Below, in pieces: positions 8,246-17,370 of a stretch of DNA of 30,512 nucleotides; position 1 is the stretch's first letter, and every line of letters begins with the position of its first letter. The position numbers and the translations under genes are program-made. The DNA comes from Chthoniobacterales bacterium. Its GTDB lineage: Bacteria; Verrucomicrobiota; Verrucomicrobiia; Chthoniobacterales; Chthoniobacteraceae. The notes under the pieces were generated by a model. That model saw only the letters and a list, made by a program, of their open reading frames with translations. It did not search any database and was not told the DNA's origin. The DNA lies in NCBI GenBank assembly GCA_038207335.1, contig JBBQZX010000039.1, positions 1 through 30,512 on the forward strand. The letters run 5' to 3'.

Positions 8246-8790
8246 ATGAAGAATATTAATACATTGAGCCGCAGCTCCCAATGACTACGTAAGATTGTAG
8301 ACCTCAAGCGAGCTAACGCTGCCCTCGTGGAACGGCTTAACTCGGCAAAGCCATTTATCAGCCGTCGAGTCCATGTGTGTAAGCTCGTTGTGGGGGGAAG
8401 CTCACAAGTAGTCTCGCCGATTACGACATTCTAGGAGCAGACGGAACAAAGTTTGAGGTCAAGTTTTCCCCATTGAACATCCCTCACAAACGCGCTGTGT
8501 CCCATCACTGTATTGGGGTCATCTGCTAGGATCTGGTGGCGCTAAACGGTTTCATCGATTAATTATTATTTGACAGACCTACGCTCAGTTTTACCGCTTA
8601 TACTGCGACCCGCGGTCTCCTTACGTCATTTGCGGCATTCTTCCGCAGCGTCGAACGACTAATGCGCAAAGACGCAATTATTCAGATTGGCACGAATCCC
8701 AAAGCGACACTGAGTGAGACAGGAAGGGGCTTTTTCGTCACTTTTACGTTACTAGATTACCAGCTCCAATACCGATACAATCATACATAA
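8246..8790 (+). pseudogene. Low-GC relic of a putative PD-(D/E)xK nuclease
   Basis: Hand translation across frames: GGKLTSSLADYDILGADGTKFEVKFS (D..EVK at 8419-8463), WGHLLGSGGAKRFHRLIII*, YCDPRSPYV, IIQIGTNP...YNHT*. Several stops and frameshifts. Confidence 0.5.
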
Positions 8791-8917
8791 CTCAAATTTC
8801 CAACAGAATGCGCTGGACGTCACTCAGTGATCGGATTGATTAAGTTTTTATCACTAGCATCTTCTGACACCCTGAGACAATCGTTCACCTTACACGTCTA
8901 TTCTATACGATCTAGGC

Positions 8918-9148
8918 TCAGACCCGGACGCGTTCCATCAGCGACTCGAAGCGGTAGGTGGCGGGACGGCGCCCTGTGGAAAAGCGGATGGTCTGGAGCA
9001 GCCCTTCATCCAGCAGCACCCGTGTGAAACGGGAGACTGTGGCCTCGTTGCTTTCATGAAAATGGTCAGTCCGACCGCTCGATTACATCTTCACGCAGCC
9101 CATCTTTCGCAACAACGGCTTCACCAACAAAAGCGGCATCCCGGCCAC
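8918..9148. pseudogene. C-terminal winged-helix remnant of a Fic family protein, in two oppositely oriented pieces
   Basis: + strand 9045-9146 reads SLLS*KWSVRPLDYIFTQPIFRNNGFTNKSGIPA; - strand 9043-8918 reads ATVSRFTRVLLDEGLLQTIRFSTGRRPATYRFESLMERVRV*. The Fic assignment is from recollection of this C-terminal pattern. Confidence 0.65.
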
Positions 9149-9511
9149 CATTGCCGTCAATATATCCAGTATTTTGAGCGATAAACTCTTTTGGAGTGCA
9201 TGGATTCGCATCAAGCAATTTTGCCCCTCACAATTCTTAAGATATGAGAAGCAAACTATTTTGATCGCTCCGTTTTCACAACAAAGTCTTCGGATTTTTC
9301 ACAGAATGCGGCCCGATGTAAGATCGGCGGTGCCACAGTCAACATGCGTACGACCCGGGAGGCGCGATTTTCACCCGCCCCGGTGCGGAGGAGCCTGCGC
9401 CCAAGCGCGGGCTCGATCAGTCACGGCGCACATGGCACGTTCGCAGGATTGCGGCGGCGGCGTTCCTCGCTAAGAGTGACGGCCTTTTCCCGGTTATCCC
9501 CGCTACTCTCG

Positions 9512-10396
9512 ATGCGATATTTTCACCGCTGCGCGCTCCTCATCCTCGCGCTCTTCCTGGCGCGCGGCGCAAGCGGGCAATCCGTGCCGCCCACCGATGC
9601 AGTGAAAACGGCGACCGCGGTGCGCGAAATTTTCGAGGCCAAGTGCCTCGACTGCCACGGACCGGAGCTGCCGCGGCCAAAAGGGAAATTCGGATACGTG
9701 CTCGATCTCAAACGCGTCGCGGAAAACCCCGATTACGTGGTGCCGGGAAAGCCGGACAAGTCCGATCTTTACGACATGGTGCTGAACAACGACATGCCCG
9801 GCGAGGATGCCAATGTGCCACCGCTCACCGACTCCGAGAAGGAGACCGTGAAGCACTGGATCGAGATCGGCGCGCCCGGCGAATCGTCTCCAGCAAAGGA
9901 AAAGGAGACGCTGACGGTGGTAATCGAACCGGCGAAACCACGGCTGCCCCTCTTCCAGCGCACGCTAAAATGGATCGGGAATTTTCACCCGGTCTCCACA
10001 CATTTCCCCGTCGCGCTGATGATGGTCGCGCTCGCCGCGGAGGGGCTCGCGTGGGCGACACGGCGCGACTCGTGGATGCAGACGGTGCGCTTTCTCGTGA
10101 TCCTCGCCGCGCTCGGCGCGGTGCCCGCCGCCGCGCTCGGCTGGGTAAATGCGGCCTTCAGCAGCTACAGCAAAGCAACCGGCGCGCTGCTCTGGTGGCA
10201 CCGCTGGCTCGGGACCGCCGCGGCTGTGTGGGCGGCGGGTTGTGCAGTGCTCGTGCTCACAAACGAATGCCGCGCGGGCACTCCGCATCGGCGGCGCTTC
10301 CGCGGCGCACTGCTCGTCGGCGCGATCCTCGTGAGCATCGCAGGATTCCTCGGCAGCGCTCTAATCTACGGACTGAATCACTACGCATGGGACTGA
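9512..10396 (+). CDS. Planctomycete-type cytochrome c domain fused to a DUF2231-like membrane domain
   Basis: Signal peptide from ATG 9512; IFEAKCLDCHG, VVPGKPDKSDLY, DMP, PPLT...WIEIGA; then FHPVSTHFPVAL and WWHRWLG with 4 hydrophobic helices. Confidence 0.88.
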   Translation: MRYFHRCALLILALFLARGASGQSVPPTDAVKTATAVREIFEAKCLDCHGPELPRPKGKFGYVLDLKRVAENPDYVVPGKPDKSDLYDMVLNNDMPGEDANVPPLTDSEKETVKHWIEIGAPGESSPAKEKETLTVVIEPAKPRLPLFQRTLKWIGNFHPVSTHFPVALMMVALAAEGLAWATRRDSWMQTVRFLVILAALGAVPAAALGWVNAAFSSYSKATGALLWWHRWLGTAAAVWAAGCAVLVLTNECRAGTPHRRRFRGALLVGAILVSIAGFLGSALIYGLNHYAWD

Positions 10397-10409
10397 AAAT
10401 CACCGCTCA

Positions 10410-11039
10410 ATGAGCCTCGCAGATCACGAAACCGGCGACCCGCTTTCCGCCGCCGCCGCGCGCGTGGAGTTTGTGCCGGAGAGCTTCTTCAAACGTCTCG
10501 ACCTCGCGGATTTATTCACGCGCCCCGCGCCGCTGGAGGTCGATATTGGCTGCGGTGAAGGCGCGTTCCTTTTCGCGACTGCAGCGAATCACCCGGAACG
10601 GAACTTCCTCGGCATCGAGCGCCTCGTCGGCCGCGTCTCGACCGTCTGCCGCGTCTCCGCGCATCGGCGGCTGGAGAATATCCGCGTGATGCGCGTCGAG
10701 AGCGCATACGTCCTCACGCACCTGCTGCCACTGGCATCCGTGTCCATCGCGCACGTCCTTTTTCCCGATCCGTGGCCTAAGCGATACCATCATCCGCGAC
10801 GGCTGATTCAGCCGGAATTCATGCAGTCGCTCCACGCTGTGCTCGAGCCCGGCGCCGAGCTCCGCGTGAAGACGGACGACCTGCCGTATTTCCAATGGAT
10901 GGAGAAAATCTTCACGCAATCGCCTGGCTTCGAGCGGATCGACTGGCCGGAAGACCCGGAATATCCGGTCACGAATTTCGAGCGGCGATTCCTCGCGAAG
11001 GGGCTTCCAATCTACCGCGCGCGGCTGCGGAAAGTCTGA
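10410..11039 (+). CDS. trmB: tRNA (guanine-N7) methyltransferase
   Basis: EVDIGCGEG, NFLGIE, LFPDPWPKRYHHPRRL, VKTD, TNFERRF. Confidence 0.96.
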   Translation: MSLADHETGDPLSAAAARVEFVPESFFKRLDLADLFTRPAPLEVDIGCGEGAFLFATAANHPERNFLGIERLVGRVSTVCRVSAHRRLENIRVMRVESAYVLTHLLPLASVSIAHVLFPDPWPKRYHHPRRLIQPEFMQSLHAVLEPGAELRVKTDDLPYFQWMEKIFTQSPGFERIDWPEDPEYPVTNFERRFLAKGLPIYRARLRKV

Positions 11040-13315
11040 CCGCCGAGAAACGTTCGAACCTCGAACGCGCCGCTCTCGATCTTCGCGCAGACCGCGCCGA
11101 CGCGATCCTGCCGAAACAGCGCGACGCCTCGCTCGCTCAGCTTTTTCTCCCACTCGGCCAGCGCCGCCGTCGTCTCGCCGAAGCCCGGCGAGCCGCACAC
11201 GATCGCCTGCGGCTGCACCGCCGCGAGGAAATCGAGGGTGCCCGAGAAGTCCCTTTCGTGCTGACCTTTCACGAGCAAATCCGCGCGCAGATCGGGCTCG
11301 CTTTTCAAGAGCCATTGCTCGGTCGCGAAGCCGCTGTCCGACATGAAAAGCACGCGCTCACCGGCGCACTCGACGAGCAGCACAAGCGCGCGATCATCGG
11401 CCAGCGCACGATGCAAATCGGCGGGCGGGAAGAGGACGCGGATCGTGGCGCCCGGAGCGATCTCGAGGATGTCGCCGCGCTGACAGAGGGTCTTGGAAAG
11501 CCCGCGGGCACTGATTTCGGCGTCGATTGCGCGATGGCTCTGCGAGCGATCCGCCAGCGGTGAGTCGATGATTTTCCGCGGACGAAAATCCTCCAGCGCA
11601 ACGGGTGCTGCGCCGATGTGCTGCACGTCGCCGTGCGTCAGGACGAGCCCATCGAGGCGGTTCACGCCGCGAGACCGGAGATACGGCAGCACCGTCTGCC
11701 CGTAGCGATAATCCGCGCCGCAATCGATAAGCCAGTCGCGCCCTCCCGCGCGAAGATGCGTCGCGCCGCCAGCCGCAAGGTCGAGCACGGTGATCTCCAT
11801 CGCTGGCACATGGCCGAGCCGCGTCTCGAGATAAACGTGTCCGCCAGGAACGCGTGAAAAGGACGCGATGGTGCCGAGTAGGAACTTCGCGCAGAGCCAG
11901 TTCGCGTTGTTGAAGGTAACGACGAGGCCGCTGGAAAAGGTCGCGCTGAGCAGCGATGCAAGCCCCAGCGCCAGCACGGCGTAGGCGGTCGGGACCGCGA
12001 AGAAATTGGCGAAAACGGTGGAAGCCGAGAAGAGATGAAAATATCCGACGGTGAAGAGCAACGAGCCAAGCCACGCCGAGATGGAAACGCCGAGGGCAGC
12101 CGCGAAACCGCTCCACAGCAGCGTTCCCAGCCGGCGATGCCATCCCCAAAGCGGGCGCGGGATGAATGGATCGGGCGCGGCGAGCGGTTCGATGCGGCGC
12201 TGGATTTTACCCGAGAGCCAGACGATGACCGCGACGAGGACGAACGAAAACTGGAACCCCGGCGAGAAGACCTGCTCGGTATCCCACGCCACGATGAGGA
12301 ACGCCGCGGCACCGAGGCTGTTGTAAACGACGCCGCGCCGGTCGCACAAAAATGCGAGCAACATGAGCGAGCCCATGAGCGTGGCGCGGACGCAACTCGG
12401 GTTGAGCCCGGTGACGAGAGCGTATGCGCACAGCAGCGGCACGATGATGAAAATGGCCGGCGCGCGCGGAACTCGGAGGAATTTCAAAAGGAACCACGCG
12501 ATCGCGCCGAGCATCGCCACATTCAGCCCGCTGACGGCGAAAAGGTGCATCGTGCCGGTGCGCTGAAACATCGTTTTCATCTCGTCCGGCGTGTCGCCTT
12601 TCATCCCGAGCACCATGCTCGCGATGAGCGCGGAAAGATGCGGCTCATCTTCGAGATCGCGGGTGAGCTGTGTTGTGATCCAGTGCCGCGCTTTGATGGC
12701 AAAGGCTTGCGCGGGATTACCGCAGTCGTGCGCGACGACGATGCAATCGGCCGGATAACGCGCGCGGAGTTCCGAGTAGATGCCGAGCCGTTGCAGATAC
12801 CCCGGCGTGTCGAACTGCCCGGGATTGTGTAGCGGCGGAATATTCTGCGCCGCCGCGGTGATTCTCACGCGGTCGCCGTACGCTGGCATTTGGCCTGACC
12901 ACGAGACATTCACGAGTGAATCGGCGGGCAGTTCGCCGTTTCCGAGATCGATCGCTTGGAGTTTCAGGTGAAAGCGCGCGCTGATTGTGCGCGACCAGAC
13001 TTGCGGCGCTTCGGGTTCGCTCCAGACAATGCCGGTCGCGCGAACGACCCGGCTTCCGCCGTCCAACTCGCGGGCCAGCAAACGCGCCGCACCGTGGTGA
13101 TGCCAAACGGTGTGCAGCGTGAAAAACGCGGCGCTCGTGAACAACAAACACGACCAAGTCCTCGGCAACACGACAACGAGCGCGAGCAAAAACGCCGACG
13201 CTGCAAATACCGCAACGAGCGGAACGCTCCACCAATCCGCCGCGACGATGCCAGCAACCGCCGCCAGCGCGAGCCCGACGAATGGCTGCCGGGGCTGGAG
13301 CGGCCACAGCTTCAT
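11012..13315 (-). CDS. comEC: ComEC/Rec2 competence protein
   Basis: OB-like DUF4131 region (NPGQFD..YL), competence domain TGTMHLFAVSGLNV, PSCVRATLM, GFQFSF, and a C-terminal metallo-beta-lactamase domain (LIDCG, LTHGDVQH). Confidence 0.95.
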   Translation of the reverse strand: MKLWPLQPRQPFVGLALAAVAGIVAADWWSVPLVAVFAASAFLLALVVVLPRTWSCLLFTSAAFFTLHTVWHHHGAARLLARELDGGSRVVRATGIVWSEPEAPQVWSRTISARFHLKLQAIDLGNGELPADSLVNVSWSGQMPAYGDRVRITAAAQNIPPLHNPGQFDTPGYLQRLGIYSELRARYPADCIVVAHDCGNPAQAFAIKARHWITTQLTRDLEDEPHLSALIASMVLGMKGDTPDEMKTMFQRTGTMHLFAVSGLNVAMLGAIAWFLLKFLRVPRAPAIFIIVPLLCAYALVTGLNPSCVRATLMGSLMLLAFLCDRRGVVYNSLGAAAFLIVAWDTEQVFSPGFQFSFVLVAVIVWLSGKIQRRIEPLAAPDPFIPRPLWGWHRRLGTLLWSGFAAALGVSISAWLGSLLFTVGYFHLFSASTVFANFFAVPTAYAVLALGLASLLSATFSSGLVVTFNNANWLCAKFLLGTIASFSRVPGGHVYLETRLGHVPAMEITVLDLAAGGATHLRAGGRDWLIDCGADYRYGQTVLPYLRSRGVNRLDGLVLTHGDVQHIGAAPVALEDFRPRKIIDSPLADRSQSHRAIDAEISARGLSKTLCQRGDILEIAPGATIRVLFPPADLHRALADDRALVLLVECAGERVLFMSDSGFATEQWLLKSEPDLRADLLVKGQHERDFSGTLDFLAAVQPQAIVCGSPGFGETTAALAEWEKKLSERGVALFRQDRVGAVCAKIESGAFEVRTFLGGQTFRSRAR

Positions 13316-13345
13316 GCCCGCCTTTCCATTTCGCGCGCCGGGAAG

Positions 13346-15904
13346 TTACTTCGCGCCTTTGCGCTGAGCGTACTCCGGATAGCGGCTTTGCAGTGTATTG
13401 AGGAGGCGCTTGGCCTCCGCATCCTTGCCCGCGCTCTTGTAAGCCTCGACCGCTTTTTCCATCGCCTCCGGCGTCAGCGTTTCGTCGTCGATGACCACCG
13501 CCACGCTCTCATAGACCTTTGCCGCTTCATCGAAACGTCCCCGCGCGTTCTGAATGTCTCCGGCCAGAATTCGCGCCTTCGCGTTGAGTTCGCCATCCGG
13601 TTGCAGTGAAAGCGCTTCATCCGCAGTCTTCTGCGCAGCATCGAGCTTCTTGAGCCCGATCTGGGCGTGCCCAAGCGCCAGTAAGCCGGCAACGCGGGAA
13701 CTCGGCTCCTTCGCGGTCCCAAGATACTTTTCCAAGGCATCGGAAGACTTCTGAAACTCACCCACTCGCAACTCCGTCCGGCCGAGATTGAGAAAGTCAT
13801 CCGGCTTTGCGTCGTCACGCGCAGTTACCATCGCGAGATACTTTGCAGCGCTGTTGTAGTAGTCCGTCCGCACGTCTTTTTTCTCGGACGCGGTCGCGAG
13901 TTCAAAGTAGCCCTGACCCAGCCAGTGCAGGACTTCATACGGCACCTGACCTTTTGGATTGCCTTGGATGTAGATGTCGATCTCGCGAGCCAGCGCGTCT
14001 TTGTCCTCAAGGTAGAAGTGGGATAGCATGATCCGCAAGCTCGCGCGATCGAAGTATTCCTCCTTGTTCGCCGTCCGCGCCTTTTCCAGCGGAGCGGGCG
14101 CAGACTTGTAGTCTTTGTTCTCGAAAGCAACCCAGCCAATCCAATAGTGCGCGTCGGCTGCCTCTGGCGTGTCGGGGTAGTCTTTGAGCAATGCCTTGAA
14201 GCTCTCCGCCATTCCCTGGTTGTCGCCCTGTTGTCCGAGGATGTGGGCTTTTTGAAAGAGAGCCAACTCACGTTCCTTCGCCTTAGGATACTTCTGGGCC
14301 ACATCGGTGAAGTCCGCCAGCGCGCCCGTTTTGTCACTGAGCCGCAGCCGCGCCAACCCCCGTCGCACCAGCGCCGCCGGGATGTTCTTGACGGTTGGAA
14401 AGCCTTTGATGAGCTCGGAAAAAGCATTCACCGCCCGCTCGAACTCCTTGGTTTCCATGTAGCACACCCCGGCTTTGTAGAGTGCCTCACCCCGCAAAGT
14501 CGGAGGCAGTGTCCGGGAGTTCTCAACCAAAGCGTAAAGCGGCGCGGCACCGATGTAGTCCTGCTTTTTGAAAAGCAGCTCCGCTTCCATCAACTGCACC
14601 TGATCGCGCTTCTGCGGCTCCGGATTGTTCGTAAGATATTGCTCGATCTGACCCAGCGCATTTGGGTCTCCCGATGAGTAGAGACAGACGAGCCGCTCGT
14701 AGGCTGCTTCCTTTGCAAAGAGCGTGTTCGGGTAGTCCTTGATGACTTGATCAAGCTGCACGACCGCTTCGTCGAGCTTTCCGAGTTGGCGATAGGAACT
14801 CGCGACGAGATTGAGTAATTGAGGACGGATGTCCGTACCTACGTCCTTGCCGGTCGCGTTGAATTGATCGATGACTTTCTGATACTTCTTCTCGTTGAAA
14901 AGAAGCTGGATCAGGCCGAACTGAGCGATGCCCTGCCAGCGTCCGATATTCGGCATTGCAAGCGCGGTTTTGAGGTCTTCCGCGGCCTTTGCATTTTGAT
15001 CGAGCTCCAGCTCCCACAATCCAGCATAGACAGTCGCCTGCGCCCTAAGATCATCGTTGGTCGTCTGCTTTGCCAGCGCCTGGATTTGCCGAAGAGCTTC
15101 TGCCTGCCGTGTCGGTTCATCTTTCAAGAGCAAGGCCAGAGACAACCGGCTCGCGTCGTAGAATGGATTGTCATTCGGGGCACCAACGAGTTCGTCGTAA
15201 GCCAGCCGCGCTTCCCGTTTCTGTCCGAGACCTTCGAGCGATCGAGCGGCGAAGAACTTCGCGGAGTTGATCAGCTTCGGGTCCCGCAGTCGCACGGATG
15301 CGCGGCGGTAGAGCTGGATCGCGGCACTGTAGTTCTTGTCCTGGTAATTCAGCTCCGCGAGGCGATAGGCGGCGGGACCGATCAGTTCGCCGTCCGCGTA
15401 TTGATTCAGCAGCATTTCGTAGCTGTTCTTCGCGGCGTTCTTCGAGCCGTTCGCACGGTATGATTCGGCGAGGCGATACAGCACGCTCGGGCGCTCGGGA
15501 CCATTCGGGTAAAGGCCGAGGTAACGCTCATACTCGGGCGCGGCTTGGTCGTAGGCTTTCCTCGAGTAGAAGCCGTCCGCTATGCTGAGCTGGACTTTGT
15601 CCGGCGTCATCGTGCCTTGCGGCGTTATTCGGATTTCGCCAGTTGGATCGGTGAGGTCCGCCTCTGGCATCGCGGACGGTTTTTCTTTCGTCTCCGGTGG
15701 CCCGGGTTTGACTACGCGCGTGGCTTTCGGAATCGGCTTTTCCGGCTCAGGCGGCACGGCTTCGCGCGGCACCGGGATAGCCTTCATCACCGGCACATCG
15801 TCATCCGTGCGGAAGGGCTTCAGCGGCGCATTTTGCGCACGCGCCGCGATGGGTAGAAGGATGGCGGCGACGACGCCGAGCGTAGTCCGGCTCAGGCGCT
15901 TCAT
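13346..15904 (-). CDS. Secreted tetratricopeptide-repeat protein, 852 aa
   Basis: Signal peptide, Pro-rich linker, then many TPR units of the CpoB/BamD type (YP.....A.Y..A). ATGA overlap with exbD. Confidence 0.92.
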   Translation of the reverse strand: MKRLSRTTLGVVAAILLPIAARAQNAPLKPFRTDDDVPVMKAIPVPREAVPPEPEKPIPKATRVVKPGPPETKEKPSAMPEADLTDPTGEIRITPQGTMTPDKVQLSIADGFYSRKAYDQAAPEYERYLGLYPNGPERPSVLYRLAESYRANGSKNAAKNSYEMLLNQYADGELIGPAAYRLAELNYQDKNYSAAIQLYRRASVRLRDPKLINSAKFFAARSLEGLGQKREARLAYDELVGAPNDNPFYDASRLSLALLLKDEPTRQAEALRQIQALAKQTTNDDLRAQATVYAGLWELELDQNAKAAEDLKTALAMPNIGRWQGIAQFGLIQLLFNEKKYQKVIDQFNATGKDVGTDIRPQLLNLVASSYRQLGKLDEAVVQLDQVIKDYPNTLFAKEAAYERLVCLYSSGDPNALGQIEQYLTNNPEPQKRDQVQLMEAELLFKKQDYIGAAPLYALVENSRTLPPTLRGEALYKAGVCYMETKEFERAVNAFSELIKGFPTVKNIPAALVRRGLARLRLSDKTGALADFTDVAQKYPKAKERELALFQKAHILGQQGDNQGMAESFKALLKDYPDTPEAADAHYWIGWVAFENKDYKSAPAPLEKARTANKEEYFDRASLRIMLSHFYLEDKDALAREIDIYIQGNPKGQVPYEVLHWLGQGYFELATASEKKDVRTDYYNSAAKYLAMVTARDDAKPDDFLNLGRTELRVGEFQKSSDALEKYLGTAKEPSSRVAGLLALGHAQIGLKKLDAAQKTADEALSLQPDGELNAKARILAGDIQNARGRFDEAAKVYESVAVVIDDETLTPEAMEKAVEAYKSAGKDAEAKRLLNTLQSRYPEYAQRKGAK

Positions 15905-16314
15905 TCCACTTTCGACGTGGCAAAGGCGACGTTCCAGATATTCGCCTCCCGGCAGACATCGAGCACGGCGACAATGTCTTCATACGGCGCCTTCGTGTCG
16001 CCGCGCAGGATGATCGCGTAGTCGGGATACAGCCCGGCGAGTTGCTTCAGGCGCGCGCGCAGTTCAGGCAGCGCCGTCGGTTTACGATTCCAAATCACCG
16101 TGCCATCTGCCTTCACATTGAGTACCGTCTGGTTCATCACGGCGGCCGATTCCTTCCCGCTCTCGGCCGCTGGAACCTTCACGTCGAGGTCCATTTCTTT
16201 CCGCGCGAAGCTCCACGTCACGATGAAAAAGCACATCAGCACGAGAAGAATATCGACCATCGGCGCGATCTGAAACCCGATGATGTGCGGAGGCTGGCGG
16301 TTGCGAAGCTTCAT
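15901..16314 (-). CDS. exbD: Biopolymer transporter ExbD/TolR
   Basis: IAPMVDILLVLMCFFIVT transmembrane segment with the conserved Asp; IILRGD..APYEDIVAVLDVC. Confidence 0.93.
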   Translation of the reverse strand: MKLRNRQPPHIIGFQIAPMVDILLVLMCFFIVTWSFARKEMDLDVKVPAAESGKESAAVMNQTVLNVKADGTVIWNRKPTALPELRARLKQLAGLYPDYAIILRGDTKAPYEDIVAVLDVCREANIWNVAFATSKVE

Positions 16315-16326
16315 GCGCGCAGTTGG

Positions 16327-17250
16327 TTAAAACTCTTCCTCTGCCGCGACGCGGGAGGTTTCGCGCTTCTTATTATAGTTCAACGCGATGAGCCCCATGA
16401 CGTGCGCGGAAGCGATCTCGAGATCGGAGATCAGGCTCTGCACGCGGTTGCGGAAGACGGAGTAAAACGCCATCGCGATGATGCCGAGAACCAGCCCGGT
16501 CGCAGTCGCGACGAGCGCCTCGGAGACGCCGCCGGCGAGCAGGACGTCGCGCGAGCGGCTGGCATTGGCGACCTGATTGCTGCCGAGCAGCGCGAACGAT
16601 TTAATGATGCCGATGACCGTGCCGAGCAGCCCGATCATGGGCGAAAGCATCCCGATATCCGCGAGATACACCGTGCGGTGCTGCAGCGAAGCCGCCTGGC
16701 TCTGCCCTTCGGTCTCCGCGATGTCCTTCACTGTTTCGAAGCTCGCCTGCGGATTCTTCGTCGCAAAATCGAGCGTGCGCTGCACGACGCGTGCGACTGC
16801 TTCGCTGTGCCGGCTGGAGATCGCGAGGAGCCCGAGGTAGTCGCGCTTTTTCAAAAGCACGTCCGCGGTATTCATGTAGTGCGGCGTCAGGATCGCGCTG
16901 CGGCGGAGCGTGAAAAGATAGACCAGCACGAGCATCACGGTGACGACCGAGAGGAAGGCCAGCGGGACCATCGCCCAGCCGCCAGATTGAATCAGCGTCC
17001 ACATTTTCACCGCGTCGATCCCGCTGTCGGAAGAGTCCGCGGTCGGCGCCTTGATGACCGTTGAATCATCGGCGGGCGGTAGCTCGCGCGCCGGCTTTTG
17101 GCCGGGCGCGGCGACGGCGGTGACGGCCTTTTCCTTGCGGCTCGGTGCGACACGCGCGGCCTCGTCGCCAGTGCGGGTGATGACGGCATCCTGCGCGAAG
17201 AGCGTCACGGCACCAAGCATCAGTGTGAGAAAAATGGCGGCGGATTTCAT
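16327..17250 (-). CDS. exbB: MotA/TolQ/ExbB proton channel protein
   Basis: SGGWAMVPL, LSPMIGLLGTVIGIIKSF, LAGGVSEALVATATGL. Start reassigned to ATG 17250 (MKSAAIF signal peptide) because the longer ORF overlaps uvrC and a promoter sits just upstream of 17250. Confidence 0.93.
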   Translation of the reverse strand: MKSAAIFLTLMLGAVTLFAQDAVITRTGDEAARVAPSRKEKAVTAVAAPGQKPARELPPADDSTVIKAPTADSSDSGIDAVKMWTLIQSGGWAMVPLAFLSVVTVMLVLVYLFTLRRSAILTPHYMNTADVLLKKRDYLGLLAISSRHSEAVARVVQRTLDFATKNPQASFETVKDIAETEGQSQAASLQHRTVYLADIGMLSPMIGLLGTVIGIIKSFALLGSNQVANASRSRDVLLAGGVSEALVATATGLVLGIIAMAFYSVFRNRVQSLISDLEIASAHVMGLIALNYNKKRETSRVAAEEEF

Positions 17251-17265
17251 GAAATTCGGGGCGGC

Positions 17266-17293
17266 ATAGTAGCTGTGCGCCATTTGGATGCAA
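17266..17293 (-). promoter_or_regulatory. Putative sigma70 promoter of the exbB operon
   Basis: TTGCAT-16 nt-TACTAT on the - strand, 15 nt upstream of the exbB ATG. Confidence 0.6.
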
Positions 17294-17370
17294 CTGTCTG
17301 GCACTGTGACCGCGCGGGATCGCTCCTGCTCGAAATGCGCGAGATTTTCGCGACAGTAACGGACCGCCCA

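Noticed and set aside
8035..8307. 90-aa low-GC - strand ORF
   Set aside because: No recognisable motif, weak start, and it overlaps the start of the + strand relic; cannot be supported as a gene, though it may be another remnant.
9174..9511. ORF 9174-9473 and the N-terminal extension of the cytochrome gene from 9344
   Set aside because: AT-rich intergenic-looking sequence; the signal peptide begins at ATG 9512.
13500..15300. Somewhat lower GC in the TPR gene as a sign of horizontal transfer
   Set aside because: The gene is translationally coupled to exbD and rich in Lys/Asn/Tyr/Gln, which can account for the composition; no boundaries were seen.
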